64,000 nucleotides of DNA, taken from positions 1,088 through 65,087 of the forward strand of contig CAYSYM010000012.1 of the NCBI GenBank assembly GCA_964435115.1, given 5' to 3'. The notes beneath the pieces were generated by a model. The model did not search any database. It was not told the origin of the DNA and saw nothing but the letters and a program-made list of their open reading frames with translations. Within the stretch, counting starts at the first letter, position 1. Each line of letters begins with the position of its first letter. The translations under genes were made by a program, and so were the position numbers. Below, piece after piece: positions 48,322 to 57,577 of the stretch. This stretch comes from an uncultured Chloroflexota bacterium (lineage in GTDB: Bacteria > Chloroflexota > UBA6077 > CF-72).

Positions 48322-48360
48322 CCTGAGGGCTGAGCGCGCACCCGCCGCTCAGCCCTCAGG
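48322..48360. terminator. bidirectional rho-independent terminator between convergent rplL and tyrA
   Basis: 15-bp perfect stem CCTGAGGGCTGAGCG/CGCTCAGCCCTCAGG followed by TTTCTTCT on the plus strand. The tyrA stop codon (48356-58) lies inside the stem. Confidence 0.7.
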
Positions 48361-49309
48361 CTTTCTTCTGCCCCCAGCGCCCGAGGAGGTTCCCGGCGAT
48401 CAGCGAGCGGCTGCTCGGCAGGCTCTCCGGCGCGTCGGCTGTGAAGCCCTGGGCCCGCCCGCTCAGCCAGTCGCGGTGCAGGGCCCGCGCCTGCTCAAGC
48501 TGCTCCTTGAGATCGGGGTCGTCACGAGCGATGCTGTCGCGGAGGGCGACCAGCGCGTCCACGTAGCGGTCGAGCCGGCGGACGAGGTTGTCGCGGTTGG
48601 TCCGCGCGATGTCGGCGAACATCTGCGGGTCGCTCTCGGCGAGGTGCGTCGCGTAGGCGAAGCCGCCCGCGGCCAGGGACGCCGTCTCCCGCCAGCTCCG
48701 TTCGGCGCCCAGGTGGCCGATCAGCGCCACCGACATCAGGTAGGGCAGGTGGCTTACCGCGGCCACCAGGCCGTCGTGCTCGCTGGCATCGAGGAAGTAG
48801 GGGACAGCGCCGAAGCTCTCGATGAGCTTCACGATCTCGTCGACCGGCTGGCGCGGGGTGGAGGGTGAGGGGACCACGCACCACACGGCGCCCTGGAAGA
48901 GGCGGGCATCCGCAGCGTCGGGGCCCGTCTCCGTCTTGCCGGCCATGGGGTGGCTGCCGACGAAGTTGACGCCGTCGGGCAGGAACTCCTGCGCCCACTC
49001 GAGGACGCGCGCCTTGGTACTGCCCGTGTCCATGACCACCGTGCCCGGACGCACTCCGGGGCCGATCTCCTGGAACAACGCCCGCATCGCCGCCACCGGG
49101 GTCGCCACCACCACGAGCTGCGCGTCGCGAATGGCGTCTGGGAGCGAGCCGGCGCGATCGACGGCCTTGGCTCGCTGGGCGTCGCGCGCGTGGTGGCCTG
49201 AGGCGTCGTAGCCCGCGATCTGCACGCTCGGCCGGGTCGCTTTGATGGCGAGCCCGACGGATGAGCCGATGAGGCCGGTTCCCAGGATGGCGACGCGATC
49301 AAATGGCAC
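48356..49309 (-). CDS. tyrA: prephenate dehydrogenase
   Basis: VAILGTGLIGSSVGLA Rossmann motif and the PDH domain (HPMAGKTETGPDAA). GTG start with GGAG 10 nt upstream, because the ORF's longer N-terminus is low complexity. Confidence 0.8.
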   Translation of the reverse strand: MPFDRVAILGTGLIGSSVGLAIKATRPSVQIAGYDASGHHARDAQRAKAVDRAGSLPDAIRDAQLVVVATPVAAMRALFQEIGPGVRPGTVVMDTGSTKARVLEWAQEFLPDGVNFVGSHPMAGKTETGPDAADARLFQGAVWCVVPSPSTPRQPVDEIVKLIESFGAVPYFLDASEHDGLVAAVSHLPYLMSVALIGHLGAERSWRETASLAAGGFAYATHLAESDPQMFADIARTNRDNLVRRLDRYVDALVALRDSIARDDPDLKEQLEQARALHRDWLSGRAQGFTADAPESLPSSRSLIAGNLLGRWGQKKA

Positions 49310-50069
49310 GATAGAGCGTCTCCAGGAGTGAGAGGAAGAAGCCCATGCCCGCCTCCACGATGGTGCCGAGGACGGGTGGGAACCCGGGCACGAGGCGAGG
49401 CAGGAACACCAGCCCGAGCAGGATCCAGGGCCCGTACACCTGGATGGGCTGAAGGACGAGCTGGAGCGGGCGGGGCGAGAGCCCATAGACGAAGCCGAAC
49501 CCGTCGAGCGGCGGGAGCGGAATGAGGTTGAAGACCGCTAGGACGACGTTGATCCCGATGAACTGCTGGACGAGCTCGCCGAGCAGCGGCTCCCGTGGGC
49601 TGCCGAGCGCCGCCACCAGCACTACGGCTGCTGCCGACGCCAGGAGGTTGGAGACGGGCCCGGCCACCGAGGACAGCGCCCACCCGAGGCCCGGGTAGCG
49701 CATGGCGTTGGGGTTGATCGGGACGGGCTTGCCCCAGCCGAAGCGCGCGATGAGGAACAGGAGGCTACCGAGGAGGTCCAGGTGGGCGAGCGGGTTCAGG
49801 GTGAGCCGGCCGGCCCGCCGCGGCAGGTCGTCGCCGAACAGCGTCGCGACCAGGGCATGGCTGAACTCGTGGACGGTCACCGCCAGGACGATGGCGACCA
49901 GGAACGGGATGGAGTCGACGAGGCTGCCCAGCAGCGAGTCGGGACTGCTGATCCGCAGCAGCCCCATCTGGTCCAGGAGCAGCAGGACGAGGACCGCCAG
50001 CCCGATCCACTGGAGCGGCGAGTTGCGAGAACGGGGCGGAGAGGAGGCTGGGGCTGGCTGGGCGCACAC
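49299..50069 (-). CDS. M50 family (site-2 protease-like) membrane metalloprotease
   Basis: HEFSHAL (HExxH) in a TM helix and the second zinc-ligand region LPLPPLDG. Multiple TM helices. Confidence 0.7.
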   Translation of the reverse strand: MCAQPAPASSPPRSRNSPLQWIGLAVLVLLLLDQMGLLRISSPDSLLGSLVDSIPFLVAIVLAVTVHEFSHALVATLFGDDLPRRAGRLTLNPLAHLDLLGSLLFLIARFGWGKPVPINPNAMRYPGLGWALSSVAGPVSNLLASAAAVVLVAALGSPREPLLGELVQQFIGINVVLAVFNLIPLPPLDGFGFVYGLSPRPLQLVLQPIQVYGPWILLGLVFLPRLVPGFPPVLGTIVEAGMGFFLSLLETLYRAI

Positions 50070-50230
50070 AGTAGCTCGATTCTACTGGGCCCAGCCCCGC
50101 GGGCAGCGGGTTCGTCCGGCTCGGGTGGCCGCTCGCACGCCTGCCCTGGCTGTGTCCGATCAGCGCCTCAGCGTGCACCTCGCCGCGCAAGGGACCGCCA
50201 CGAGCAGCCTGGTGGTTTGGCCTGGAACGG

Positions 50231-50430
50231 CTAGCCAGTGCTAGCCAGCGTGGCAAGCGCCGCCCGCACCCGGTCGAGGCTGGCCAGGGCTCGACGGCGT
50301 GGGCCAGCCGACGGCTCGGGCGCCCCGGTTGGCGGGCGGAGCTGCCGCAGCAGGCGCTCCTGGGCGGCCTGCCGCAGGTACTCCTCCTGCTTGTACCTGG
50401 CGCGTGCTTCGAGTGCATTGTCGCTCGACA
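50231..50430 (-). CDS. small hypothetical protein (66 aa)
   Basis: MSSDNALEARARYKQEEYLRQAAQERLLRQL..., preceded by GGGAGA 7 nt upstream. Divergent from the STAND regulator gene. Confidence 0.45.
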
Positions 50431-50794
50431 TCGGTGTGTCTCCCTTCCCCCGGGTCGTCGAGTGCAGCCCCCAGGCCGGGTGCTCGCGTCCCAACCTCCA
50501 GGGTCCTACGTACGACGCGTGCGGCCCAGCCTGATCTCCTGCTCATTTGCCGATCGTTTCCCACTCGTTTCGCCTTCTGCGGCTCCGTTGCTCGCCACTC
50601 CACCGCGTGGAGACGCGCTTCAGCCGCGGGTGCCGCGGTGCCAGCACGCGCTCGGCGCCCCCACCTGCCGTCGCGGTGGCCCTGGCGTCGACCGCCGTGC
50701 GCTGGCGCCTCGGACCCGGCCAGGCGCGCCGCTGCAGGGTTTCACGCCCGCGGCGGCCGGCCCATCGCCTACACTGGGAGGAGCGGGGGCGCGG

Positions 50795-53371
50795 GTGGCA
50801 CAGCGCGAGGGGGGCCTGCAGCCGACGACAGGCAGGGGCGGGCGAGGGTCGTTTGGGGCCCAGCTCCGGCTGCTCCGGGAGCACGCCGGGCTCAGCCAGG
50901 AGGCGCTGGCCGAGCGCGCCGGGCTGGGCGTAGCCACCCTGGCGGCCATCGAGCGTGACCGGCGGCAGCGGCCGCACCCTCGCACACTGGCGACCCTGGC
51001 CGAAGCGCTCGGCCTGGCGCCCACCGAACGGACCTCGCTGCTGGAGAGCATGCGAGCTGGCGAGCCAGCGCCACTGGGCCCACACCGTCGGGCACCGCCG
51101 CGACCGGATTCGCACTCCGGCCGCGACGCCCCCGGCACTCGGCACCGGCCACGCCGCCCAAACGGGCCACGGCGGGACAGCGCGCACAACCTGCCGACCG
51201 GTCTCAGCAGCCTGGTCGGCCGACAGCAGGAGCTGGCAGACGTGGTCCGGCTCCTCCAAACCGTCCGCCTGGTGACGCTCACCGGTGGCGGCGGGGTAGG
51301 CAAGACGCGTCTGGCGCTGGGCGCCGCGGCGGCCGCGCTGCCGACGTGTCCTGACGGCGTCTGGCTGGCTTCCCTAGCGCCACTGCAGGACCCGATGCTG
51401 GTGTCCCACGCCGTGGCCGCTGCCATCGGGGTGCCCGAGTGGAGTGGCCTTCCGCTGCTGGCGACTCTGACCGAGGCATTGCGCGAGCGGCGCGCGCTGT
51501 TGGTGCTGGACAACTGCGAGCACCTGGTCCAGGCTTGCGCCGAGCTGGTCGAGGCGCTGCTGAGCGCCTGCCCCGACCTGCGCATCCTGGCCACCAGCCG
51601 CGAGCCGCTGGGGCTGGCCGGCGAAGTCACCTGGCGTGTTCCGTCGCTGGGTCTGCCGAAGCCGCCCCCGCCGCCGGTGGAAGAGCTGTCCAAGTACGAG
51701 GCGGTGCGGCTGTTCATCGAGCGTGCCGTGGCCGCGCGTCCCGACTTCGAGGTGACCGCCACCAACGCCCCGGCGGTCGCGGAGGTGTGTTGGCGGCTCG
51801 ACGGCATCCCGCTAGGGATCGAGCTGGCAGCCGCCTGGGTCCGAACCCTGAGCGTCGAGCAGCTGGCGGCGCGGCTGGACGACCGCTTCCAGCTGCTGGT
51901 GGGCGGCAGCCGCACGGCGCCGCCGCGGCAACAGACGCTCCGCGGAGCCATCGACTGGAGCTACGCCTTGCTGAGCGAGCCCGAGCGCCGCCTGTTCGCG
52001 GGGCTGAGCGTCTTCGCCGGTGGGTGGACGCTGGAGGCGGCCGGAGCGGTCTGCGCCCGCGAGGGCGTGGACGCCCGGGACATCCTGGTGCTACTGCGAC
52101 AGCTCGTCGACAAGTCGTTGGTGGTGGTCGACGCGACGCCTGAGGGAACCCGCTACCGACTACTCGAGACCCTGCGCGCGTACGGCCGGGAGCGCGCGGA
52201 GGCAGCCGGCGAGCTTGCCACGCTGGAACGGCGACACCTGGAGTGGTGTCTCGGGCTGGCTGAAGCTTCACCCCCGGAACGGCTCGACCCGAAACACGTC
52301 GCGCTTCTGGCGCAAGAGCAGGACAATGTACGGGCTGCCCTGCGCTGGTGCATCGCGGCTGGCGCTGTCGATGCTGGCTTGCGCCTGGGCGCGGCGCTGT
52401 GGCCGCTCTGGTACCTGCGAGCCCTGTATACCGAGGGCCAAGCGTGGCTGGACGAGCTGCTCGCCCTTCCCGGGGCACCCGCGCCCACAGCCGCGCGGGC
52501 GCGGGTGCTGGCCTTGGCCGGACATCTGGCCTACTGCCGCGCCGACTACGCCGCGGCCACGGCTCGTCTCCAGGAGGCGCTCGCCACCGCGCGCCGGGCG
52601 CAGGACGACGTGGAGGGTGGCGTCGCACTCCTGTTCCTCGGCCACGTCGCGCGGGTCCAGGGTGACCTGGAACGCGCTGAGCACTGCTACGTGTCAACGC
52701 GCGAGACGCATCGGCGGGGAGGCAACCTGGCCTGGGAGGCGCTCACCGTAGGCAATCTCGCCCTGCTCTGCGAGGAACGCGGAGATGCCGCGCGAGCCGA
52801 GGCGCTCGCGGCGGAGGCGCTCACCCTCACCCAGGCAGCGGGCCAGTTGCCGGGCGTTTCGCGGATGCTCGCCCTCCTCGGCCGTCTGGCGTTCCAACAA
52901 GGCCACCACCGGGAGGCGGGGCAACTCCTCGCGGAGAGTCTGGCCCTCCAGCGCGAGCAGGGCTACCAGCAAGGTCTGGCCTGGACCCTGCTCAGTCTGG
53001 CACGGGTCGCGCATGCCGAGGGCGACGACGCGCGGGCCGGCCGGCTGTTGGTCGAGGCCCTCGAGAGCGCGCACGATGTGGGCGACCGGCTCGCGCTGGC
53101 GCGAAGCATGGAGGAGGCCGCGGCTATCGCCGCCGCCAGTCAGCCCGCGCCTGCCGTCTGCCTGGCGGGCGCGGCCGAGGCGCTGCGGCAGACCGTCGGG
53201 GCGGACCCGCTGCCGGCCGAACGTGATCGCCTGGCGCGCTGGCAGGTTGCCGCCCGCGTGGCGCTGGGGGCAGACGGCTATGCTGCCGCCTTGGCCGCCG
53301 GGCGGCGCTATTCCCTCAAGCAGGCCACCGCCGCAGCACTCGAGCTGGCAGAAAGTCGTGGCCCGGCCTGA
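50795..53371 (+). CDS. HTH_XRE / NB-ARC (STAND NTPase) / TPR-repeat regulatory protein
   Basis: HTH FGAQLRLLREHAGLSQEALAERAGLGVATLAAIERDRR. P-loop LVTLTGGGGVGKTRLAL and the Walker B region LLVLDNCEH. The C-terminal ~400 aa are Ala/Leu-rich TPR-like helical repeats. GTG start with GGGAGGAG 12 nt upstream (approximate). Confidence 0.7.
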   Translation: MAQREGGLQPTTGRGGRGSFGAQLRLLREHAGLSQEALAERAGLGVATLAAIERDRRQRPHPRTLATLAEALGLAPTERTSLLESMRAGEPAPLGPHRRAPPRPDSHSGRDAPGTRHRPRRPNGPRRDSAHNLPTGLSSLVGRQQELADVVRLLQTVRLVTLTGGGGVGKTRLALGAAAAALPTCPDGVWLASLAPLQDPMLVSHAVAAAIGVPEWSGLPLLATLTEALRERRALLVLDNCEHLVQACAELVEALLSACPDLRILATSREPLGLAGEVTWRVPSLGLPKPPPPPVEELSKYEAVRLFIERAVAARPDFEVTATNAPAVAEVCWRLDGIPLGIELAAAWVRTLSVEQLAARLDDRFQLLVGGSRTAPPRQQTLRGAIDWSYALLSEPERRLFAGLSVFAGGWTLEAAGAVCAREGVDARDILVLLRQLVDKSLVVVDATPEGTRYRLLETLRAYGRERAEAAGELATLERRHLEWCLGLAEASPPERLDPKHVALLAQEQDNVRAALRWCIAAGAVDAGLRLGAALWPLWYLRALYTEGQAWLDELLALPGAPAPTAARARVLALAGHLAYCRADYAAATARLQEALATARRAQDDVEGGVALLFLGHVARVQGDLERAEHCYVSTRETHRRGGNLAWEALTVGNLALLCEERGDAARAEALAAEALTLTQAAGQLPGVSRMLALLGRLAFQQGHHREAGQLLAESLALQREQGYQQGLAWTLLSLARVAHAEGDDARAGRLLVEALESAHDVGDRLALARSMEEAAAIAAASQPAPAVCLAGAAEALRQTVGADPLPAERDRLARWQVAARVALGADGYAAALAAGRRYSLKQATAAALELAESRGPA

Positions 53372-53774
53372 CGGTGCTGCGGCGCCCGGGGGGAGCCGCG
53401 CCTGACTGCGTGAGTGTGGTATGGCCCGCAATCCTCACCATGAGGACGGATCCAGGGGCGGGCCAAGAGGACGGTGAGGGAGGAGGTGAAGCCGACACTC
53501 GACCGCGCGAAGGCTGAGGCGGCTTGCACTCTCATCGGGGCGGCCTCGACTTCATCGGAAGTGGTCGACATCGCGCTGCCCGCCGTGGTCCTCGGCCGCC
53601 GCCGGCTGATCCATGTGGCCGCGCTCGAGCGCTGGGCGGCTGAGCAGGCCGGGCTGTCCGGTGCCACGCCGCCCGCCGGCGGACACCTCGGCTCGAACGT
53701 GGCCTAGCGGTGCCGGGACGATCACCTCGCACGTGTGCGGCCAAGTGAGACACAGGCCCCCTGAAGAGGCGACC

Positions 53775-54479
53775 ATGAACCGGACGACCATCCAGCCCCA
53801 GTGCCGCCCGCCACAGGAGCGAGTGTGTGACCGCCCGGAGTTGACCGTGACCACAAGCGTCAAGGAGCGCCTCCACCGGCTCATCGATGAACTGCCCGAC
53901 GACGAGGATCTCGGCTTCGGTCGTGGTGCCCGGCCGCCCCTGGCGCTCCGCGAACTCCTGGATGAGCTGCGGCGCCTCGGCGTGGACGCGGGGCCGGACG
54001 TTCGCCCGGCGGGACAGGAGCGGGACGCCCAGCTCCTCCGTGCCGTCCTGGCGCAAGCGCCCCATCTGCCTGTCGCGGCCGTGGACCTGCTGCGGCAGGT
54101 CGGGGCGAACGCCGCCGATGTCGAGGCGGAGCTGCTGGCGGTGGACGGGCCGCCGCTCGACGTGAAGCAAGTCGCCGCGAAGCTTGGGATCTCGCCTGGC
54201 GGGGTCGGCCGTCGCGCCCAGCAGGGGCCCCTGCTCGTTCTGGAGCGGGCCGGCAAGCCGGACGCCTATCCGGCGTGGCAGTTCACGTCGACGGGGCGGC
54301 TGCCCGGCCTGGAGAAGGTTCTAGCCGCCCTTCGGGTCTCCCCCTGGGCGCAGGCTGCCTGGTTCCTGAGTGGGGACGCCCGCCTCGGCGACCGCCGCCC
54401 CCTGGACGTGCCGCGCGAGGGTGAGGTAGACGCGGTGCTCCGCGCGGCGGCGGCCTACGGGGAGCAGGGTGCCGCGTAG
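53775..54479 (+). CDS. Xre/MbcA/ParS-type antitoxin (DUF2384 C-terminal domain) of a RES-Xre toxin-antitoxin pair
   Basis: The C-terminus (VLAALRVSPWAQAAWFLSGDARLGDRRPLDVPREGEVDAVLRAAAAYGEQ) matches DUF2384. An HTH-like segment precedes it (LDVKQVAAKLGISPGGVGRRAQQG). Overlaps the downstream RES gene by 11 nt. Confidence 0.65.
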   Translation: MNRTTIQPQCRPPQERVCDRPELTVTTSVKERLHRLIDELPDDEDLGFGRGARPPLALRELLDELRRLGVDAGPDVRPAGQERDAQLLRAVLAQAPHLPVAAVDLLRQVGANAADVEAELLAVDGPPLDVKQVAAKLGISPGGVGRRAQQGPLLVLERAGKPDAYPAWQFTSTGRLPGLEKVLAALRVSPWAQAAWFLSGDARLGDRRPLDVPREGEVDAVLRAAAAYGEQGAA

Positions 54480-54966
54480 GCCCACTCCGCCGCGCTCGCC
54501 CAGCCGCCACCCGTTCCCCTCACCCGATCTCCCGAGCCGCCCGCTCCCACTGGCCGCGCTGGATGGGCCTTGGCGCCGGGTCTACTTCCCGGTGGATCGT
54601 CGAGGGAAGCCGCGCAGCCCGCTCGCCCTGGCCAGGAACCGGGAGAACCGCTTCGACTCGCCGACGCGCCGCTACGGTGTGCTCTACGTGGCCGAGACCC
54701 TGGACGGGGCGCTCATCGAGACCTTCGGGCGGGTCCTGGGGAGGCGTGTGCTGCAACTCGGCGATGTCCGGTCCCGCCACCTCGCCACGGTATCCGCAAC
54801 GCGGCCGCTGCGCCTGGTGGATCTCACCGGCCGCGGGCTCAGCCTGATCGGTGCCGACGCGAGCCTCGCCGCCGGCCGCGACTACGAGGTCACGCAGGCG
54901 TGGTCGCGTGTGCTCTACGAGCACCCGGACCGGCCCGACGGCAGCCCGCGCCGGCCGTCTGCCTGA
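54469..54966 (+). CDS. RES-domain toxin (NAD+-targeting RES family), possibly C-terminally truncated
   Basis: GPWRRVYFP...NRENRFDSPTRRYGVLYVAETLDGALIETFGRV is the RES N-terminal core. The ORF ends at ...DRPDGSPRRPSA*, where family members usually continue ~15 aa (DGIxYPSxR..G.NlvlF). The N-terminal ~30 aa of the ORF are Pro-rich, so the true start may be internal. Confidence 0.6.
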   Translation: MPRRPTPPRSPSRHPFPSPDLPSRPLPLAALDGPWRRVYFPVDRRGKPRSPLALARNRENRFDSPTRRYGVLYVAETLDGALIETFGRVLGRRVLQLGDVRSRHLATVSATRPLRLVDLTGRGLSLIGADASLAAGRDYEVTQAWSRVLYEHPDRPDGSPRRPSA

Positions 54967-55094
54967 TGGGGAGTGGCTACCACGTTACGAGCTGACGCTG
55001 GTTGTCGGTGTCCGGTTGTAGCCTGCCTCGTCAAAGAAGTGCGTCGAGGTACTCAGGTAACTGTGGCTTATCTGGCAATCTTTGATGGACCAGG

Positions 55095-55403
55095 TTAACC
55101 CTGTGCTATGCGAGGTTGCACCCGGCGATGCCCATTGCCAACCAGTGTCGTAGTCCCACGTGAAGACGCCGTTACAGTCTGTCCTCCCTGGTTACGGGTA
55201 CCAAGATTGTCCATAGGAGCGTCGGTCCAGGAGTTCCCAGAGCCGCGGTAAGTCCACTGGGATGGCCAGTCGAGACAACTATTGGCGTGAGCGCCAACAC
55301 CGCCGACACTGCCGTTCCACTGGCTCTCACAGACGACAGCTAGAACGGGCGGGACGCCTGTTGCCGCTGCAGCGAGTACAATGACGCTGACGAGTGCGGC
55401 CAT
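55095..55403 (-). CDS. secreted small Trp/Gly/Ser-rich protein with 2 Cys, in a low-GC segment
   Basis: Signal peptide MAALVSVIVLAAATGVPPVLA, then mature VVCESQWNGSVGGVGAHANSCLDWPSQWTYRGSGNSWTD.... The local GC content (~52-55%) is far below the ~70% backbone. Confidence 0.4.
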   Translation of the reverse strand: MAALVSVIVLAAAATGVPPVLAVVCESQWNGSVGGVGAHANSCLDWPSQWTYRGSGNSWTDAPMDNLGTRNQGGQTVTASSRGTTTLVGNGHRRVQPRIAQG

Positions 55404-55668
55404 GCGAACAAGGCCGAAGCGCGGGTGGAGCGAGCACGCCGGCTTCGACGCCACACCCATCATGGTGTGCTGCCCGCGAACGAGCGGACTGCTGTCCCGG
55501 GCGGAGGCCGGAACGTCCAGAAGTTCGGGTCCAAACTGGAGGCGGGGAGCGTTTCCTGGGAGAGCACCTGACGCTCCTCGATGACGGTCCGCCGCCCTGC
55601 CTGGTCGACAGCCCAGCGTGTTTGCCGGATGACCTGGCCGGACGACACTTGTGTCTCGACCTGGATCT

Positions 55669-56211
55669 CTACGGGAGTGAGGTCGGCGAAATACCCCCAG
55701 GCCCTTTCCGCTCGCCGCTGGCTCTCAAGCAGATCCGCCGGACGACCTCCCGGCGCGGAGAGACGCCGTCAGGCAGCTTCGCCGCCGGTATGTTCGTCGT
55801 GGAGGCTTGCGGAGGCGGGAACTGAATGGCCGTGTTGTCGGTCGGGTAATAGACCCACATCTCCGTGGGGCTGACCACCGTCCGCTGTACCTCCTGGCCC
55901 GCGAGGGTGGTCGCTCTAGCAGTCGACCGGACCACTCGATCTCCCACCCGGAGCAGCCACGCCTCGTTCTGCACGCGTTCGGGTAGGTTCGGGATCACCC
56001 AATCGCCCGGGAACACCGGCGCTGCCCGGGTGGCGGGCTTCTGCCGGCTGAAGTCCCGTGACTGAATGTGGAGGACGACGTCTGCGGCGGCGTAAGAGGG
56101 CGAAGGCAGCGCCGTGCTGCCAAGGAGGAGCACCCCCGCCCCGAGGCTGGTTGCCACCAGCCCGCTGGCCAGCCAGACCAGCGTATGAGGGAATCCCCAA
56201 TCCACGCTCAC
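55669..56211 (-). CDS. membrane-anchored hypothetical protein
   Basis: N-terminal TM (LVWLASGLVATSLGAGVLLLGS) then a ~140-aa extracytoplasmic domain. It sits upstream of, and is co-oriented with, the secreted peptide gene. Confidence 0.4.
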   Translation of the reverse strand: MSVDWGFPHTLVWLASGLVATSLGAGVLLLGSTALPSPSYAAADVVLHIQSRDFSRQKPATRAAPVFPGDWVIPNLPERVQNEAWLLRVGDRVVRSTARATTLAGQEVQRTVVSPTEMWVYYPTDNTAIQFPPPQASTTNIPAAKLPDGVSPRREVVRRICLRASGERKGPGGISPTSLP

Positions 56212-56590
56212 ACCCCTATGTCCGCCTGTGCGCGCGTAGCGGACGCCCGCTCGGCATAGGGTATGGCCGGTTCCCGGAATGCGTCACACTGGCGAATCGC
56301 CTCACAGAAGATCCGACCGTGAGGGGGTGTCGATGCCTCACGCGGAATCCGACCCAAGGAGCTCCTGGCGAAGGGGGCGGTCGGGCGCAGCCGGCGAGTC
56401 GGTACGAGGATGTGCGGGCGGTGGCGACGCGCCGCCCGAGGAGGCCACCCCCAAGAGCGTGGCGCGCGCGGGGCGGTGGACCACCTGCTGGCGGCCGCGG
56501 TCGGGTGTCAGCCGTAGGTGCCCCAGGCCGGAGCCATCCCGCGCTCCGCACGCCGGGCCGCGAGTGGGCGGTCGGTATACTGCCACCTGC

Positions 56591-57577
56591 ATGGCACGGG
56601 CCCACCGAAGACGCATTGGGATTGTGGGTGTCTCCGGGTATGGAGGGGGCGAGATCCTGCGTCTGTGCGCCCGCCATCCCGGCGTGGAGGTGGTCTACGC
56701 GGCCGGCGAGAGCAGCGCCGGGCAGCGGCTGGGCGAGCGCAACCTCTGGCTGAACGGTGGCCTGGGCGAGCTGACGATCCAGGCCTGGGACCCAGAGAGC
56801 GTGCCTGAGCTGGACCTGCTCTTCCTCTCGCTCCCCACGGGGCAGTCGCGGGCGGCAGCGCAGGCGCTCCCGGCCGAGCTGAAGCTGGTGGACGTCGGCG
56901 GCGACCACCGCTTCGTCGAGGGCTGGACGTACGGCTTGCCAGAGGTGTTTGGCACGGAGACGGTCGCCCGGTCCAGCCGTGTGGCTGACCCCGGCTGCTT
57001 CCCGGCGGCCGCGCTTCTGGCGCTCGCGCCCCTGGTCAGCGCGGGTCTGGTGGACCCGACAAGCATTGTCGTCGACGCCAAGACCGGCATCAGCGGCGCC
57101 GGCCGTGGCGGCGGCTCCACCTACGGCTTCGCCGAAGTGAACGAGGACGTCGTGGCCTACAACCTGTTCCGGCACGCGCACCTGCCCGAGATGCAGGAGG
57201 CGCTCACACGCCTCGCCGCACGCCCAGCGTGGCTCGTGTTCACGCCGCACCTCGTGCCGATGACTCGCGGCATCCTCGCGACGTGCTACGCGCGCGGGAC
57301 CCTGGCGACGGACGCGGCGCTGCGAGCCGCGCGCGACTACTACGCCGAGGCGGCGTTCGTGCGCGTGGTCGACCGGCCGCCGCACACCAAGTGGGCCCAG
57401 GGCACGAACCTCGCGTTCGTCTCCTACGCCGCCGATCCTGCCACCCGGACGGTCGTGGCGCTCGGGGTGGTCGACAACCTGGGCAAGGGCGCCGGCGGCG
57501 CAGCCGTGCAGAATATGAACCTCATGCTCGGCTTCGCGGAGACGACGGGCCTGGACCTCGTCCCCACCTCCCCGTGA
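56591..57577 (+). CDS. argC: N-acetyl-gamma-glutamyl-phosphate reductase
   Basis: IGIVGVSGYGGGEILRL NAD-binding motif and the catalytic Cys region (ADPGCFPAAALLAL). TATACT sits 9 nt upstream of the ATG, suggesting a leaderless transcript. Confidence 0.85.
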   Translation: MARAHRRRIGIVGVSGYGGGEILRLCARHPGVEVVYAAGESSAGQRLGERNLWLNGGLGELTIQAWDPESVPELDLLFLSLPTGQSRAAAQALPAELKLVDVGGDHRFVEGWTYGLPEVFGTETVARSSRVADPGCFPAAALLALAPLVSAGLVDPTSIVVDAKTGISGAGRGGGSTYGFAEVNEDVVAYNLFRHAHLPEMQEALTRLAARPAWLVFTPHLVPMTRGILATCYARGTLATDAALRAARDYYAEAAFVRVVDRPPHTKWAQGTNLAFVSYAADPATRTVVALGVVDNLGKGAGGAAVQNMNLMLGFAETTGLDLVPTSP

